Assembly (NCBI GenBank): GCA_903831265.1
Contig: CAIKXD010000081.1
Span: 1,737-65,736, forward strand
Length of the DNA: 64,000 bases
Source: an uncultured Bacteroidota bacterium
Lineage (GTDB): Bacteria; Bacteroidota; Bacteroidia; UBA4408
Reading direction: 5' to 3'
The translations under genes and the position numbers were made by a program. Under the pieces are notes generated by a model that did not search any database, was not told where the DNA came from, and worked only from the letters and a program-made list of their open reading frames with translations. Below are positions 49,764 through 61,117 of the stretch, piece by piece. Every line of letters begins with the position of its first letter. The stretch's first letter is position 1.

Positions 49764-50792
49764 ATGGAGTTCAAAAAAATGGTTACTACCCTTGGTCAGT
49801 TTATTATTGAGCGTCAGGCAGATTATCCTTACTCTAAAGGTGAATTATCGCGCTTGCTAAGAGATATTGGTATAGCAGCTAAAATTGTAAATCGTGAAGT
49901 AAATAAAGCTGGATTAGCTGATATTTTAGGTGAAGCAGGCGAAACCAATATACAAGGCGAAAGTGTTAAAAAATTAGACACATTTGCAAATGATCAATTT
50001 ATAAGTGCGCTTAGCACTGGTGGCGAATGCTGTGCTATTGCATCTGAAGAAAATGAAGAATTTATCCCAATTGATAATTTAGTTTCGCAAAACGCAAAGT
50101 ATGTAGTTTGCATGGACCCTTTAGATGGTTCATCAAATATTGATGTAAATGTTTCCATCGGAACAATCTTTTCTATTTACCGCAGAAAATCAAAAGCTGT
50201 TGGACCCGGTACTATTGAAGATTTCTTGCAAAAAGGTACAGAGCAAGTGGCTGCAGGATATATTATATATGGTTCATCAACCATGTTGGTTTATACCACA
50301 GGTAAAGGAGTAAACGGTTTTACATTAGATCCTAGTATTGGAGAATTTTGTTTATCACATCCCGACATGAAAGCGCCAAATATGGGTGAAATTTATTCCA
50401 TCAACCAAGGTAATTTTGTACATTTTCCGCCAGGGGTTAAAGAATATATAAAATATTGTCAAGATTTAGACAAAGACACCAACCGTCCCTACACATTGAG
50501 ATATATAGGTTCTTTAGTTGCCGATTTTCATAGAAACTTAATTAAAGGAGGAATTTATATTTATCCGCCAACCTACAAATCACCTAATGGTAAATTAAGA
50601 TTGTTATACGAATGCAATCCATTGGCATTTATTGCAGAACAAGCTGGTTCAAAGGCTACCGATGGTTTTAGAAGAATTTTAGAAATAGAACCAACAGATA
50701 TTCATCAACGTGTTCCATTGTTTATTGGATCTACCGAAATGGTCGAAAAAGCTGAAGATTACATGGCTAAACAACCCGAGTTGCAGAGTTAA
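49764..50792 (+). CDS. fbp: class 1 fructose-1,6-bisphosphatase
   Basis: [10 protein letters not shown] metal site, [12 protein letters not shown] and GGIYIYP. Confidence 0.95.
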   Translation: MEFKKMVTTLGQFIIERQADYPYSKGELSRLLRDIGIAAKIVNREVNKAGLADILGEAGETNIQGESVKKLDTFANDQFISALSTGGECCAIASEENEEFIPIDNLVSQNAKYVVCMDPLDGSSNIDVNVSIGTIFSIYRRKSKAVGPGTIEDFLQKGTEQVAAGYIIYGSSTMLVYTTGKGVNGFTLDPSIGEFCLSHPDMKAPNMGEIYSINQGNFVHFPPGVKEYIKYCQDLDKDTNRPYTLRYIGSLVADFHRNLIKGGIYIYPPTYKSPNGKLRLLYECNPLAFIAEQAGSKATDGFRRILEIEPTDIHQRVPLFIGSTEMVEKAEDYMAKQPELQS

Positions 50793-51447
50793 GGCTCAAC
50801 TTTTATTAATTTGTTGTTTTGCTTTCAAACCCTAGAAATAATTTAATGTCTATTTAAATTTAGTATTCTCTATACTGATTAAATCTTGCTAATTTACTTT
50901 CAAATTGCCCTGCAAATGACAGAGCAGTCCACAAATATATTTTTTAAGTTTATGAATTCATTTTGTTAAATTAATTGGTTTTGTGCCAACCTAGTGCAAA
51001 ACTTGCAGTTGAATTTTAATTTCCAAATTAATTACTTTTTGTGGCATCTGAATATTAAAAATTGAAAACTATTACACCATAAAAGTTTATTGTTTAAAGC
51101 CATCAACTAGCTTACGTACAATTTTTAATAAAATAAACTACCATATTATATTGGTTATGTTGAGAAACCTTTAATACGAGGCTTTCAAAGTATCCTGACC
51201 GTTGCTTCATGTTATAACATTTGTTCTTATAAATTGCCCAAAGCAGTTTAATAAATTTACTATGGTTAATGCCGATGGAACGAAATATTGTAAAATAATA
51301 GTGGCCTGTTTATTTTGTATATTAGGTATTGGTTTATTATTTAGGTTATTTTGTTGTGAATACTTCAAAAAAACAGACTTTGATTTGTTAAAAAGTAATC
51401 CTATGTCTTTATATTTCAAGCACTTGAAATATAATTGTAAAAATCAT

Positions 51448-51478
51448 TTTGTGCTTTTAGTAACAATTTGTACTTTTG
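51448..51478 (+). promoter_or_regulatory. Bacteroidota sigma-A type promoter for rpmE2
   Basis: TTTG at 51448-51451, a 19-nt spacer, then TACTTTTG at 51471-51478. This lies 23 nt upstream of the ATG. Confidence 0.5.
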
Positions 51479-51500
51479 CCCTCCCGAAAAAATATAAAAT

Positions 51501-51767
51501 ATGAAAAAGAATACACATCCAGAAAATTACAGATTTGTGGTTTTTAAAGATTTATCAAATGAATATGCATTTTTAACGCGTTCTGCGGCCGATACAAAAG
51601 ATACAATAGTTTGGGAAGATGGAAATGAATACCCTCTAGTAAAATTAGAGATTTCCCATACATCACATCCATTTTACACAGGAAAAGTTAAACTGGTTGA
51701 TACTGCAGGTCGTGTTGACAGATTCCGTAGTCGTTATGGTAAAAAAACAGAGGAAGTTAAAGGATAA
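51501..51767 (+). CDS. rpmE2: 50S ribosomal protein L31, type B (no zinc-binding Cys)
   Basis: HPFYTGK motif. The N-terminal region lacks the CxxC pair. Confidence 0.9.
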   Translation: MKKNTHPENYRFVVFKDLSNEYAFLTRSAADTKDTIVWEDGNEYPLVKLEISHTSHPFYTGKVKLVDTAGRVDRFRSRYGKKTEEVKG

Positions 51768-51805
51768 TCATTATTTTTTAATTAATCCATTAATTATAAT
51801 GAACA

Positions 51806-51836
51806 GAAACCCTTCGGCATCGGAGGGTTTTTTGTG
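51806..51836 (+). terminator. rho-independent terminator after rpmE2
   Basis: Stem CCCTTCG / CGGAGGG around loop GCAT, followed by T6. Confidence 0.8.
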
Positions 51837-51893
51837 TTTTATAAATTCCTTATTTCAAAAAAGCACTAAGTTTACCACTCAAAATAAATTACA

Positions 51894-53066
51894 ATGAATT
51901 ATATTTTATTTGATGAAACCAATCGCCAACAACTCTTCCCATTTACGCTGAGTCGACCTGTTTGCGAAATAAGAGCAGGTATTTTAACCATCAAACAAAA
52001 GTGGGAAAAACACTTAGGTGAAAATTGTGCCTACCATACAGCAAAATACTTAGAAGGTAAATTCCCACCATTAAGCATTGAGCAAAGCGAAAAGAGCTGT
52101 TTGTATATAAATGGAGCTGTTTTTCCTTGCCCTGAGCTTATAAATGAAATAATAAATTTGTTACCCAATACAGCCCTTGTTAAAGAAAATAAAATTGTTG
52201 CAGTAGCCTGTGAAGCTTATCATCAAAGCTATGACCCCAACAACCATGGCTTTGCTATTGTCGAGTCATCTTCAACTATTCAAACCCTCCAAAAACCATG
52301 GGAAATATTTGCTCAAAATGCCAAAAATATTCAAGACGACTTTGTATTGCTTACCAAAAATCGCACTAGTGCCATTATTGATAACAGTAATCAAGTTATT
52401 AACCCAGGAAATATTTTTATTGAAGAAGGAGCAAGCGTGCATTGTAGTATTTTAAATGCAGCAGCAGGCCCTATCTATATTGCCAAAGATGCCGAAGTAA
52501 TGGAAGGAAGCATGATTCGTGGACCCTTTGCCTTAGGCGAACATTCGGCCTTAAAAATGGGAGCTAAAATATATGGGCCTACCACCATTGGCCCCGAATG
52601 TAAAGTTGGTGGAGAGGTTAACAATTCAGTTATTTTTGGCTATTCAAACAAGGCTCATGATGGCTTTTTAGGGAATAGTGTTATTGGTGAATGGTGCAAC
52701 CTTGGTGCCGACACTAATAACTCAAATTTGAAAAATAACTACGGTCAAGTAAAAGTTTGGGACATCGCCAAAAATGACTGGCAAGCCACAGGACTTCAAT
52801 TTTGTGGTTTACTCATGGGCGATCATAGCAAAGCAGGTATAAATACCATGTTTAACACTGGCACAGTAACTGGATTTTGTGCAAATATTTTTGATGGAGG
52901 CTTTCCACCTAAATACATTCCATCATACAGTTGGGGAGGGCATAAAAACGCACCTAAATTTGAATTAGCAAAAGCAATGGAGGTTGCCACCAGGGTTTTT
53001 GAAAGAAGAGGATTACATTTTAACGAAGGAGACAGAGCAATATTTGAGTACCTTTTCGAAAAGTAA
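51894..53066 (+). CDS. GlmU-family putative sugar nucleotidyltransferase/acyltransferase (left-handed beta-helix)
   Basis: Nucleotidyltransferase-like N-terminus, then hexapeptide repeats (IGPECKVGGEVNNSVIFGYSNKAHDGFLGNSVIGEWCNLGA). Confidence 0.7.
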   Translation: MNYILFDETNRQQLFPFTLSRPVCEIRAGILTIKQKWEKHLGENCAYHTAKYLEGKFPPLSIEQSEKSCLYINGAVFPCPELINEIINLLPNTALVKENKIVAVACEAYHQSYDPNNHGFAIVESSSTIQTLQKPWEIFAQNAKNIQDDFVLLTKNRTSAIIDNSNQVINPGNIFIEEGASVHCSILNAAAGPIYIAKDAEVMEGSMIRGPFALGEHSALKMGAKIYGPTTIGPECKVGGEVNNSVIFGYSNKAHDGFLGNSVIGEWCNLGADTNNSNLKNNYGQVKVWDIAKNDWQATGLQFCGLLMGDHSKAGINTMFNTGTVTGFCANIFDGGFPPKYIPSYSWGGHKNAPKFELAKAMEVATRVFERRGLHFNEGDRAIFEYLFEK

Positions 53067-53185
53067 GTTTGTAGATTCTCCCAACTTAAGAGCAGCCAAA
53101 AAAATTATTGCAATATCCACAATCTCAATCGCCAACAAAATTAAAATCTACAAAGTATTGTTTGCGCAATTCATTATATAATGTG

Positions 53186-55993
53186 TTATACAACAATATT
53201 CACAATTTTCTGATGCACCACAATCACCTTCTTGGGTGCTTTACCATCTAGTATTTTTATTGTTTGATCTAAACTCATCACAGCTTTTTCTAATTCTTCT
53301 TTGGTGATTGATAAATCAAACTCATGATTAAATTTTGTTTTACCATTTAATGAAATGGGATAACTAAATGAAGTCTCTACCAGGTATGACTCATTGCATT
53401 CAGGAAAATTAGCATAAGTAATGGTTTCGCTGTGACCTAACTTATTCCATAACTCTTCGGCAATATGCGGTGCATATGGCGCAATAAGAATTGCTAATGG
53501 TTCTAAAATAGATCTTTTGTTGCACTTTAATTCCGTTAGCTCATTTACACAAATCATAAAATTGCTCACTGAAGTGTTAAATGAAAAATTTTCAATGTCA
53601 TAATTTATTTTTTTGATAGTTTTATGTAAAGTTTTCAATTCGGCCTTGTTAGCCTCCTCATCACTTACATTGTAAATATCTCCATCGTGATACAATCGCC
53701 ACAATTTGCGCATAAAATTAGAAACACCCGTAATGCCATTTGTATTCCATGGTTTACTTAATTCCAATGGACCTAAAAACATCTCATACAAACGCAAACA
53801 GTCAGCGCCATATTGGGCTACCATATCATCAGGCGATACAACATTCCACTTCGATTTCGACATTTTTTCAACTTCGCTTCCGCAGATATATTTTCCATCT
53901 TCCAAAATGAATTCGGCTTGTTTATATTCTTCTCTCCAGTTTCTAAATGCTTCAATATCTAAAATGTTATTATCTACTAAATTTACATCTACGTGAAGAG
54001 GGGTTACCTTGCCATACTTGTGATAACTTGAGTTTTGCCAAGCGCTTATATTTTCGTCTTTTGCGTTGGTTAAAGAGGCTAGCTTTTCCAATTCTTCAAT
54101 AGAAGTTTTATCAAATTGATCTTTTATAAGATGGTAAGACACAAATGAATTTTTTGCATTGGATCGGTAAACAAAAGAACTTACCCCCTGTATCATCCCT
54201 TGATTTATCAATTTCTTAGCGGGTTCAATTACTGGAATCAAACCTAAATCGTATAGAAATTTAGTCCAAAAACGCACATACAATAAATGCCCCGTAGCAT
54301 GTTCTGCACCTCCAATGTACAAATCAACATTTTGCCAATACTCGGCAGCTTGTTTACTTATAAACTCTTTGTCGTTATTTGCATCCATGTAACGTAAAAA
54401 ATACCATGATGAGCCCGCCCATCCTGGCATAGTGCTGTATTCATAATCAAAATTGCCATTTTTTTTCCATGAATTAGAGGCTCTTGCCAATGGTGGCTCA
54501 CCTGTTTCTGTAGGTAAATACTTATCCACTTCTGGTAAGATCAACGGTAATTCACTTTCGTCTAAAACTTTAGGCAAACCATCTTTATAATAAACTGGTA
54601 TGGGCTCCCCCCAGTACCTTTGACGCCCAAAAATAGCATCACGCAATCGATAGTTTGTTTTTCCTTTTCCAAGCCCTTTATCTTCAATAACTGAGATGGC
54701 TTTCTTTGTTGCAACACTAACTTCAAGACCATCTAAAAAATCAGAATTAATTAATGTCCCTTCTTTAGCATCATATGATGATATACTTAAATCGCCTCCT
54801 CTTACTACTTCAATAATTGGCAATTCAAATTGTTTGGCAAAAGCAAAATCTCTCGAATCGTGACCTGGTACAGCCATCACTGCGCCAGTGCCATATCCTG
54901 CCAATACGTAATCTCCTACCCAAACGGGTATTTTTTTACCATTAAAAGGATGCAAAGCAAATGCACCAGTAAATACACCACTAATCTTTTTTACATCAGC
55001 CATGCGCTCACGATCACTCCGTTTTTTTGAAACAGTAACGTATTCATCAACATATATTTTTTGTTCCGATGTGGTAATCATATTTACCAATTCATGTTCT
55101 GGTGCCAAAGTCAAAAAGGAAACACCAAATATCGTATCTGGTCTTGTTGTAAACACTTCTATTTGCTCTTGGCTGTTTTCAATTTCGAATAGGAGAGAAG
55201 TACCTTCCGATTTTCCAATCCAGTTTCGTTGTGCCTCCTTAATGCTATCTGTCCAATCAATGTATTCTAAATCGTTTAACAGTCTTTCTGCATATGCAGT
55301 TATTCTCAAACTCCATTGCTTCATTAACTTTCGTTCAACAGGATATCCTCCGCGCTCGCTAACTCCATCTTTAACTTCTTCATTGGCCAATACAGTGCCC
55401 AACGCTGGGCACCAATTAACCATAGTATCACTTAAAAAAGCCAATCTATATTGGAGTAATAAATCTGATTGTTCTTTTTCTGAAAGGGTTTCAAAATTCT
55501 CAAGTTGAGGTATTAGAGTGGCTATAGGCTCAGCTTTTGATGTTTCTGGATTGTACCAACTGTTAAATAATTGAATAAAAATCCATTGTGTCCATTTATA
55601 ATATTTAGGATCAGAGGTGCGAACTTCTCGATCCCAATCAAATGAAAAACCAATTTTATCTAACTGCTCACGATAGCGCGCAATATTGGTTTTTGTAGTT
55701 ATTTCAGGATGCTGACCCGTTTGTATAGCATATTGTTCTGCTGGCAATCCAAATGAATCGTATCCCATTGGGTGTAAAACATTGAAACCTTTCAATCGCT
55801 TATATCTTGCAAAAATATCTGAGGCTATATAACCCAACGGGTGCCCAACATGCAAACCTGCTCCACTAGGATATGGAAACATATCAAGTACATAATACTT
55901 TGGCTTATCTGATTTAAGTTCAGTTTTAAATGTTTTGCGACTTGCCCAATATGACTGCCACTTTTGCTCTATTTCTTTAAAATTGTACTCCAT
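53186..55993 (-). CDS. leuS: leucine--tRNA ligase
   Basis: HIGH-type motif HVGHPLGY and the KMSKS motif ([10 protein letters not shown]). 935 aa. Confidence 0.98.
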   Translation of the reverse strand: MEYNFKEIEQKWQSYWASRKTFKTELKSDKPKYYVLDMFPYPSGAGLHVGHPLGYIASDIFARYKRLKGFNVLHPMGYDSFGLPAEQYAIQTGQHPEITTKTNIARYREQLDKIGFSFDWDREVRTSDPKYYKWTQWIFIQLFNSWYNPETSKAEPIATLIPQLENFETLSEKEQSDLLLQYRLAFLSDTMVNWCPALGTVLANEEVKDGVSERGGYPVERKLMKQWSLRITAYAERLLNDLEYIDWTDSIKEAQRNWIGKSEGTSLLFEIENSQEQIEVFTTRPDTIFGVSFLTLAPEHELVNMITTSEQKIYVDEYVTVSKKRSDRERMADVKKISGVFTGAFALHPFNGKKIPVWVGDYVLAGYGTGAVMAVPGHDSRDFAFAKQFELPIIEVVRGGDLSISSYDAKEGTLINSDFLDGLEVSVATKKAISVIEDKGLGKGKTNYRLRDAIFGRQRYWGEPIPVYYKDGLPKVLDESELPLILPEVDKYLPTETGEPPLARASNSWKKNGNFDYEYSTMPGWAGSSWYFLRYMDANNDKEFISKQAAEYWQNVDLYIGGAEHATGHLLYVRFWTKFLYDLGLIPVIEPAKKLINQGMIQGVSSFVYRSNAKNSFVSYHLIKDQFDKTSIEELEKLASLTNAKDENISAWQNSSYHKYGKVTPLHVDVNLVDNNILDIEAFRNWREEYKQAEFILEDGKYICGSEVEKMSKSKWNVVSPDDMVAQYGADCLRLYEMFLGPLELSKPWNTNGITGVSNFMRKLWRLYHDGDIYNVSDEEANKAELKTLHKTIKKINYDIENFSFNTSVSNFMICVNELTELKCNKRSILEPLAILIAPYAPHIAEELWNKLGHSETITYANFPECNESYLVETSFSYPISLNGKTKFNHEFDLSITKEELEKAVMSLDQTIKILDGKAPKKVIVVHQKIVNIVV

Positions 55994-56023
55994 GATTCAA
56001 TACTTGTTTTTTATGAAAGGTTG

Positions 56024-56031
56024 CAAAATTA
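56024..56031 (-). promoter_or_regulatory. candidate -7 box (TAATTTTG on the minus strand) for leuS
   Basis: CAAAATTA on the plus strand lies 30 nt upstream of the leuS ATG. Confidence 0.4.
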
Positions 56032-56142
56032 AACTTTTAATTCAATTCATTTTTTATATTAATTTCATTATTTCAATTTGTTACTAATAGTTAAAGCGCC
56101 TTAAAATGGGCCTTTCAATACTTGTTTTTTGAAAAAAAAATA

Positions 56143-56150
56143 TACTTTTG
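56143..56150 (+). promoter_or_regulatory. candidate -7 box TACTTTTG for ftsX
   Basis: Matches TAnnTTTG and lies 12 nt upstream of the ATG at 56163. It argues against the upstream TTG start at 56148. Confidence 0.45.
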
Positions 56151-56162
56151 CACATCTGCAAA

Positions 56163-57044
56163 ATGGCAAACACTAACGAAAAATATTCTCATAGAAAAAT
56201 TAGGTCTTCCTTTTTTTCAATCATCGTAAGCCTATCTCTTGTGCTATTTGTGCTCGGGTTGTTAGGATTAGTTGTCCTTAACGCAAAAAAATTGTCTGAC
56301 CATGTTAAAGAAAATATAGGGTTAAGCATTATAATTAACGATGGAATTAAAGAAGCAGATTTGATGATGCTCAAAAAACAATTGGATATTGCTCCTTTTG
56401 TAAAAAAATCAACCTTCGTTACAAAAAATCATGCAGCGGAAAGTTTGCAAAAAGATTTAGGAGAAGATTTTGTAAAGTTTTTAGGCTACAATCCCTTGCT
56501 ATCATCTTTTGATATTAAATTAAAAGCTCAATATGCCAACAACGATAGTCTTGAAGCAATTGAGAAAAGATTAATCCTTAACAACAACATCAAAGAAGTT
56601 TATTATCAAAAATCATTGGTAAACGTAATAAACGAAAACGTAAAGAAAATTGGAATTATTTTGCTTGCTTTTTGCATTCTTTTAAGCGTAATTTCAATTG
56701 CCCTAATCAATAACACCATAAGATTATATATTTATTCAAAGCGATTTATTATTAAAACAATGCAGTTAGTTGGTGCTACGCAATCATTCATAAGCAAACC
56801 TTTCATCGTTAGAAGCGTTTGGAATGGTTTTTATAGTGCACTTATAACAATCGCATTATTAATGGGGCTTATTTACACAGCTCAAAATAATTTCCCCGAG
56901 TTAATTGAACTGCAGGATATCAACCTGTTCATTGAATTGTTTTTAATGGTAATGATAGCAGGTGTAGGAATTACATTTATAAGTACTTACTTTGCAGTTA
57001 AAAGATTCTTGAAAATTCAAACAGACGAATTATATCAACTTTAA
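56163..57044 (+). CDS. ftsX: cell division protein FtsX-like permease
   Basis: One N-terminal transmembrane segment, a periplasmic loop domain and three C-terminal transmembrane segments (FtsX topology). MANTNEKY start. Confidence 0.85.
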   Translation: MANTNEKYSHRKIRSSFFSIIVSLSLVLFVLGLLGLVVLNAKKLSDHVKENIGLSIIINDGIKEADLMMLKKQLDIAPFVKKSTFVTKNHAAESLQKDLGEDFVKFLGYNPLLSSFDIKLKAQYANNDSLEAIEKRLILNNNIKEVYYQKSLVNVINENVKKIGIILLAFCILLSVISIALINNTIRLYIYSKRFIIKTMQLVGATQSFISKPFIVRSVWNGFYSALITIALLMGLIYTAQNNFPELIELQDINLFIELFLMVMIAGVGITFISTYFAVKRFLKIQTDELYQL

Positions 57045-57054
57045 AAAAATAAAA

Positions 57055-57309
57055 ATGTCTAACAAAACAACTGAAACATCCATTAAAAAAGAAGGGTTTG
57101 CCTTTGGTAAAGAAAACTATTTGTTCATGATTATAGGAGTTATTGTAATCATAATTGGAAACTTATTAATGATTGGTGGAGGTTCTGTAGACGAAAAAGT
57201 GTTCGATCCTGAAATTTTTAACTTTCGAAGACTAACGCTTGCTCCTGTCGTTATTTTGGTTGGATTTATTATTGAAATCTTCGCAATAATGCGTAAGCCT
57301 AAAGATTAA
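57055..57309 (+). CDS. small membrane protein (DUF3098-like)
   Basis: 84 aa with two hydrophobic helices. It occupies the conserved position after ftsX. Confidence 0.6.
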   Translation: MSNKTTETSIKKEGFAFGKENYLFMIIGVIVIIIGNLLMIGGGSVDEKVFDPEIFNFRRLTLAPVVILVGFIIEIFAIMRKPKD

Positions 57310-57333
57310 TTAAATAGAAATAGACACACCGTA

Positions 57334-58137
57334 ATGACAATTATCCACGCGCTAATTTTAGCGATTATTGAAGGGCTTACAGAATTTCTCCCGGTTTCAT
57401 CAACTGGTCATCTTATCATTGGATCATCAATTATGGGTCTTTTGCAAGATGAAACAACCAAAGAATTTACTAAATTTTTCCTAGTTTCTATACAATTTGG
57501 ATGTATCCTTTCTGTAATGGTGCTTTATTGGAAAGACTTCTTCCAAAGTATTGATTTTTACTTTAAACTTTTTATCGCTTTTATTCCAGCCCCAGTTTTT
57601 TATTTTATTTTTAAAAAAACTATTGATGGGTTTCTTGAAAATGTAATTACAGTAGCCGTTTCATTAGTTATTGGTGGTTTAATTCTATTATTCGTTGATA
57701 AATGGTTCGAAGTTAAAGAAGATGAAGAAGAGCCTTTAGATAATAAAAAGGCACTAAAAATCGGACTTTTTCAAACAATTTCAATGATTCCAGGGGTTTC
57801 TAGATCTGCAGCAACAATTATTGGTGGCTTATCACAAAAATTGACAAGAAAAAAAGCAGCAGAATTTTCATTCGTCTTAGCTGTTCCAACTATATTTAGC
57901 GCATCTGTTTACAAATTATTTTCATACGTAAAGGATGGTGCTAGTTTCGAAGCTAACCAAGTTCATTTGCTTGTGCTTGGCAATGTAGTAGCATTTCTGG
58001 TTGGTGTGCTTGCTATTAAATACTTTATAGGCTATCTCACAAAATATGGATTCAAATTGTTTGGTTACTACAGAATTGCTATCGGTTTAACTATACTAGT
58101 GCTCCACTTTATGGGTATTAAACTAGGAATGCTGTAA
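57334..58137 (+). CDS. uppP: undecaprenyl-diphosphate phosphatase
   Basis: [15 protein letters not shown] and [10 protein letters not shown] motifs. Confidence 0.93.
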   Translation: MTIIHALILAIIEGLTEFLPVSSTGHLIIGSSIMGLLQDETTKEFTKFFLVSIQFGCILSVMVLYWKDFFQSIDFYFKLFIAFIPAPVFYFIFKKTIDGFLENVITVAVSLVIGGLILLFVDKWFEVKEDEEEPLDNKKALKIGLFQTISMIPGVSRSAATIIGGLSQKLTRKKAAEFSFVLAVPTIFSASVYKLFSYVKDGASFEANQVHLLVLGNVVAFLVGVLAIKYFIGYLTKYGFKLFGYYRIAIGLTILVLHFMGIKLGML

Positions 58138-58141
58138 TCTT

Positions 58142-58858
58142 TTGAATATACCAGAAATCACACTTGAATCATTAAAAACAGGTTCAGTTTTATTAATTGA
58201 CAAACCCATTAAATGGACCTCCTTTGATGTGGTAAACTACATAAGAAAGTCTATTAATGTTAAAATTGGTCATGCAGGAACCCTTGATCCTCTTGCTAGT
58301 GGTCTGTTGATACTTTGTACAGGCAAAATGACCAAACAAATTGACAACTATCAAGGAATGGACAAAGAGTATACGGGAACTATTATTCTTGGCCAAACAA
58401 CACCTTCTTTTGATTTGGAAACAGAAATATCAGATACAAAGGATTGTTCATCAATCAGTGACAAAGAAATATACGATTTGGCGAATCAAATGATTGGTGC
58501 ACAAAACCAAATTGCTCCTTCATATTCGGCAAAAAAAATTGATGGAGAACGTGCATATCATAAAGCAAGGAGGGGCGAGGATGTGGAACTAAAAGCAAGA
58601 GAAATTGAAATCAAAGAATTCGATATTATTGAAATCACAAGAAACAGTGATCTTATTAATGTAAATTTTAGAATTGTATGTTCCAAAGGCACGTACATAA
58701 GAGCTATTGCACGAGATTTTGGCCTGAAACTTAATAATATAGCATACCTCTCAAATCTTGTAAGAACTAAAATTGGGCAGTTTAACTTGAGTGATGCCCT
58801 AACTTTGGATGCTTTTAAAATACTATTTCCTGTACCATTCAAATATAAACAACCTTAA
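58142..58858 (+). CDS. truB: tRNA pseudouridine(55) synthase
   Basis: Catalytic Asp motif HAGTLDPLASGLL and GTYIRA. TTG start. Confidence 0.9.
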   Translation: MNIPEITLESLKTGSVLLIDKPIKWTSFDVVNYIRKSINVKIGHAGTLDPLASGLLILCTGKMTKQIDNYQGMDKEYTGTIILGQTTPSFDLETEISDTKDCSSISDKEIYDLANQMIGAQNQIAPSYSAKKIDGERAYHKARRGEDVELKAREIEIKEFDIIEITRNSDLINVNFRIVCSKGTYIRAIARDFGLKLNNIAYLSNLVRTKIGQFNLSDALTLDAFKILFPVPFKYKQP

Positions 58859-59099
58859 ATAAAAGTTGAGTTTACGGTAATTCTCTGCGTAACACTCATT
58901 AAACATTTTCTGGAGGCTTTCATGCTTCGTTTATTCTAATCTAACAATACTTCTTATTTTACTACTTGTAAGTCATCTTTAAAAAGTCAATTTAAAGAAA
59001 AAAGAAATTGGCCCTTTAAAAGTAGCGTAAATTATAATAAGATCGAATGCTTTCACTATGTTAGAATTAGAAAATCTTTTAATCCGAATAATGGAGTTG

Positions 59100-59381
59100 G
59101 AATCGTTGGTCAACAAAATCTTTCAACAATATTAATTGCTCACGGACTGTTTTGGATTGAAAAAATAGCCCTATTTTGAAATTCAAAATGGAAGTAATAC
59201 CAATTGCATTTATTTTTTTGTTAGACTTAAAAATAAATATGCAATGGTCAATGCCGATATCACTTGAAATTAGTACAATAAGGTAATGCCGCAATTGGAC
59301 TAAATTGAAAGTAGAATCGCTATAAATGCTTAAGATTGAAGTAAATAAAGTTGCGTATGTTTCTATTACGGAATTTGAGTT
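59100..59381 (+). repeat. dispersed non-coding repeat, copy C, interrupted by a ~128-nt insertion
   Basis: The 5' part (59100-59197) and 3' part (59326-59381) align to copy A. The intervening insert carries inverted termini CCAATTGCATT (59200-59210) and AATGCCGCAATTGG (59285-59298). Confidence 0.8.
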
Positions 59382-59786
59382 AATATAAGTGGCCAATTTT
59401 GTCAATGCCTATTTTAGAAGATGATTGGAACTATTTTAGTTTAATTAATTTTTAACCGCCATAATTCAATAAAAAAACAATCGTAATTCAAACTAGTTTC
59501 AATCTCTCAACTTTTTACCAAAATGTTTTAAAAACGGCGCCCAATTCATTCTATTCTTGTTAATAAACTAGCATTCTTACTAACACTTTATTTATAAAAT
59601 CTAACAATGATTATGATAATGTTTTGAAAATCATTAGAATAAACTATTTGTTTAGAATCTTTTTAAATTATTAATTTCGTAAAAAAATATAAATATAATT
59701 TGCCTTTGAAATGGGTATTCTTATAATTTTGTCGCGTGAAAATAAAGCCATCTGACATTTTTGTGACAAAAGAAAAATTAACATAT

Positions 59787-60962
59787 ATGCATAAAATCAA
59801 CAAAGCATTTAAAGTTTATTTAAATCAGCTAATCCTAATTGCTGCCTTACTCATATTCAATTCCAATCAGGTGTTGAGTCAAGATGTTGCAGCAGGTGAA
59901 AAACTTTTTAAAAACAATTGTGCCCAATGTCACAAAGTAACCGACCAAAAATTGGTAGGTCCGGGCCTAAAAGGCGTGGCAGACAGAGTTCCTAAACCTG
60001 CTGAAGCATGGTTAATTAAATGGATTAAAAACTCTCAGTCCTTGGTAAAGGCGGGAGATGCGTACGCGGTTAAAATATTCGAAGAATACAACAAGTCAGT
60101 AATGCCTTCACAAGCAGTAACTGACGATGAAATTAAATCTATATTAGCATACATTGCTAATCCTCCAGCTGATCCTAAGGCAGCTGCAACAGCAACAGCC
60201 ACTCCTGATGGAGCTACAACCAAAACAGACTCTTCAACAGTTTTGTATTTTTTATTAGGATTAATCCTTTTGTTCTTAATTTTAATAAGCGTATTGAATG
60301 GGGTTAAAAATTCGTTGCAACGCCTTGTCAATAATAAAGAAGGTATCCCAGAGCCTGTGCAAGTATCATACGACACTGCGTATTTTAAAAATTGGGCTAG
60401 AACTAACAAAAAAATAGTTGCGTTAGGTTTAATTGTAATTGTAAGTTATGGAGCCAAAGCTGCTTGGAATGGAATGATGGGTATCGGTATTTACGAGGGA
60501 TACGCTCCAGAACAACCAATTAACTTTAGCCATAAAATTCATGCTGGTCAAAATGCAATCAATTGTGTTTACTGCCATTCTGGAGTCGAAAAAAGTAAAA
60601 TTTCAAATGTCCCCTCTGCAAATGTTTGTATGAATTGTCATAAAGCTATTCAGGAAGGACCGGTAGCAGGTAAAAAAGAAATTGCAAAAATATATGCTGC
60701 GCTTGATTACGATCCAGCTAAAGATACTTATGGACCAAATCCAAAACCAATTAAATGGATAAAAGTACACCAATTACCAGAACATGCCTACTTCAACCAC
60801 GCGCAACATGTAACTGTTGGTAAACAAGAGTGTACAACCTGCCATGGACCTATAGCAGAGATGGATACAGTTCGCCAATTTACGCCATTAACAATGGGTT
60901 GGTGTATCGATTGTCATCGCAAAACTGAAGTTAAAATGGAGGGTAATCCATATTATAACTAG
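59787..60962 (+). CDS. actA: Alternative Complex III multiheme cytochrome c subunit ActA, fused to an N-terminal class I cytochrome c domain and ended prematurely by an in-frame TAG
   Basis: CxxCH motifs CAQCH, CVYCH, CMNCH, CTTCH and CIDCH, with a central transmembrane helix. A candidate -7 box TAATTTTG at 59724-59731 favours the ATG at 59787 over the GTG at 59736. Confidence 0.85.
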   Translation: MHKINKAFKVYLNQLILIAALLIFNSNQVLSQDVAAGEKLFKNNCAQCHKVTDQKLVGPGLKGVADRVPKPAEAWLIKWIKNSQSLVKAGDAYAVKIFEEYNKSVMPSQAVTDDEIKSILAYIANPPADPKAAATATATPDGATTKTDSSTVLYFLLGLILLFLILISVLNGVKNSLQRLVNNKEGIPEPVQVSYDTAYFKNWARTNKKIVALGLIVIVSYGAKAAWNGMMGIGIYEGYAPEQPINFSHKIHAGQNAINCVYCHSGVEKSKISNVPSANVCMNCHKAIQEGPVAGKKEIAKIYAALDYDPAKDTYGPNPKPIKWIKVHQLPEHAYFNHAQHVTVGKQECTTCHGPIAEMDTVRQFTPLTMGWCIDCHRKTEVKMEGNPYYN

Positions 60963-61052
60963 TTGCACGAGGAACTTAAAAAGACTTATGGCAAAAAACC
61001 AATCACTGTTAGTATGATGGGTGGTATCGAATGTGGTAAATGTCATTACTAA
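60963..61052 (+). other. actA: in-frame continuation of actA after the TAG, encoding the final heme motif
   Basis: The same frame reads LHEELKKTYGKKPITVSMMGGIECGKCHY, then TAA at 61050-61052. It has no plausible start codon of its own. Confidence 0.8.
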
Positions 61053-61117
61053 AATAAAGAATAATTAACAACAGCATATAACCAATCCCTGCATTGCAGG
61101 AGCAAGTAATAAAAAAT

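Noticed and set aside
50793-51500. 708-nt gene-poor spacer upstream of rpmE2, including ORFs 51202-51504 (+) and 51207-51419 (-)
   Set aside because: The ORFs have hydrophobic low-complexity translations typical of AT-rich non-coding DNA. I could not find a riboswitch-like GC-rich core, a repeat or a palindrome. Only the promoter near 51448-51478 is reported.
55996-56130. 17-nt direct repeat TTCAATACTTGTTTTTT at 55996-56012 and 56114-56130 in the leuS/ftsX divergent intergenic region
   Set aside because: It is short and AT-rich, and plausibly chance or promoter-related. There is no supporting structure or further copies in the window.
59079-59405. 108-aa minus-strand ORF
   Set aside because: It lies entirely over repeat copy C and its insertion. 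Copies A and B have no corresponding open frame, so it is not coding.
13817-60962. Genome-wide reassignment of TAG to a sense codon
   Set aside because: TAG ends lipB, sdhC, ung, the PqqD-like gene, the ATP-grasp gene and the UT-M23 gene at expected protein lengths. It is usually followed within one to eight codons by another stop, so TAG functions as a stop in this genome.
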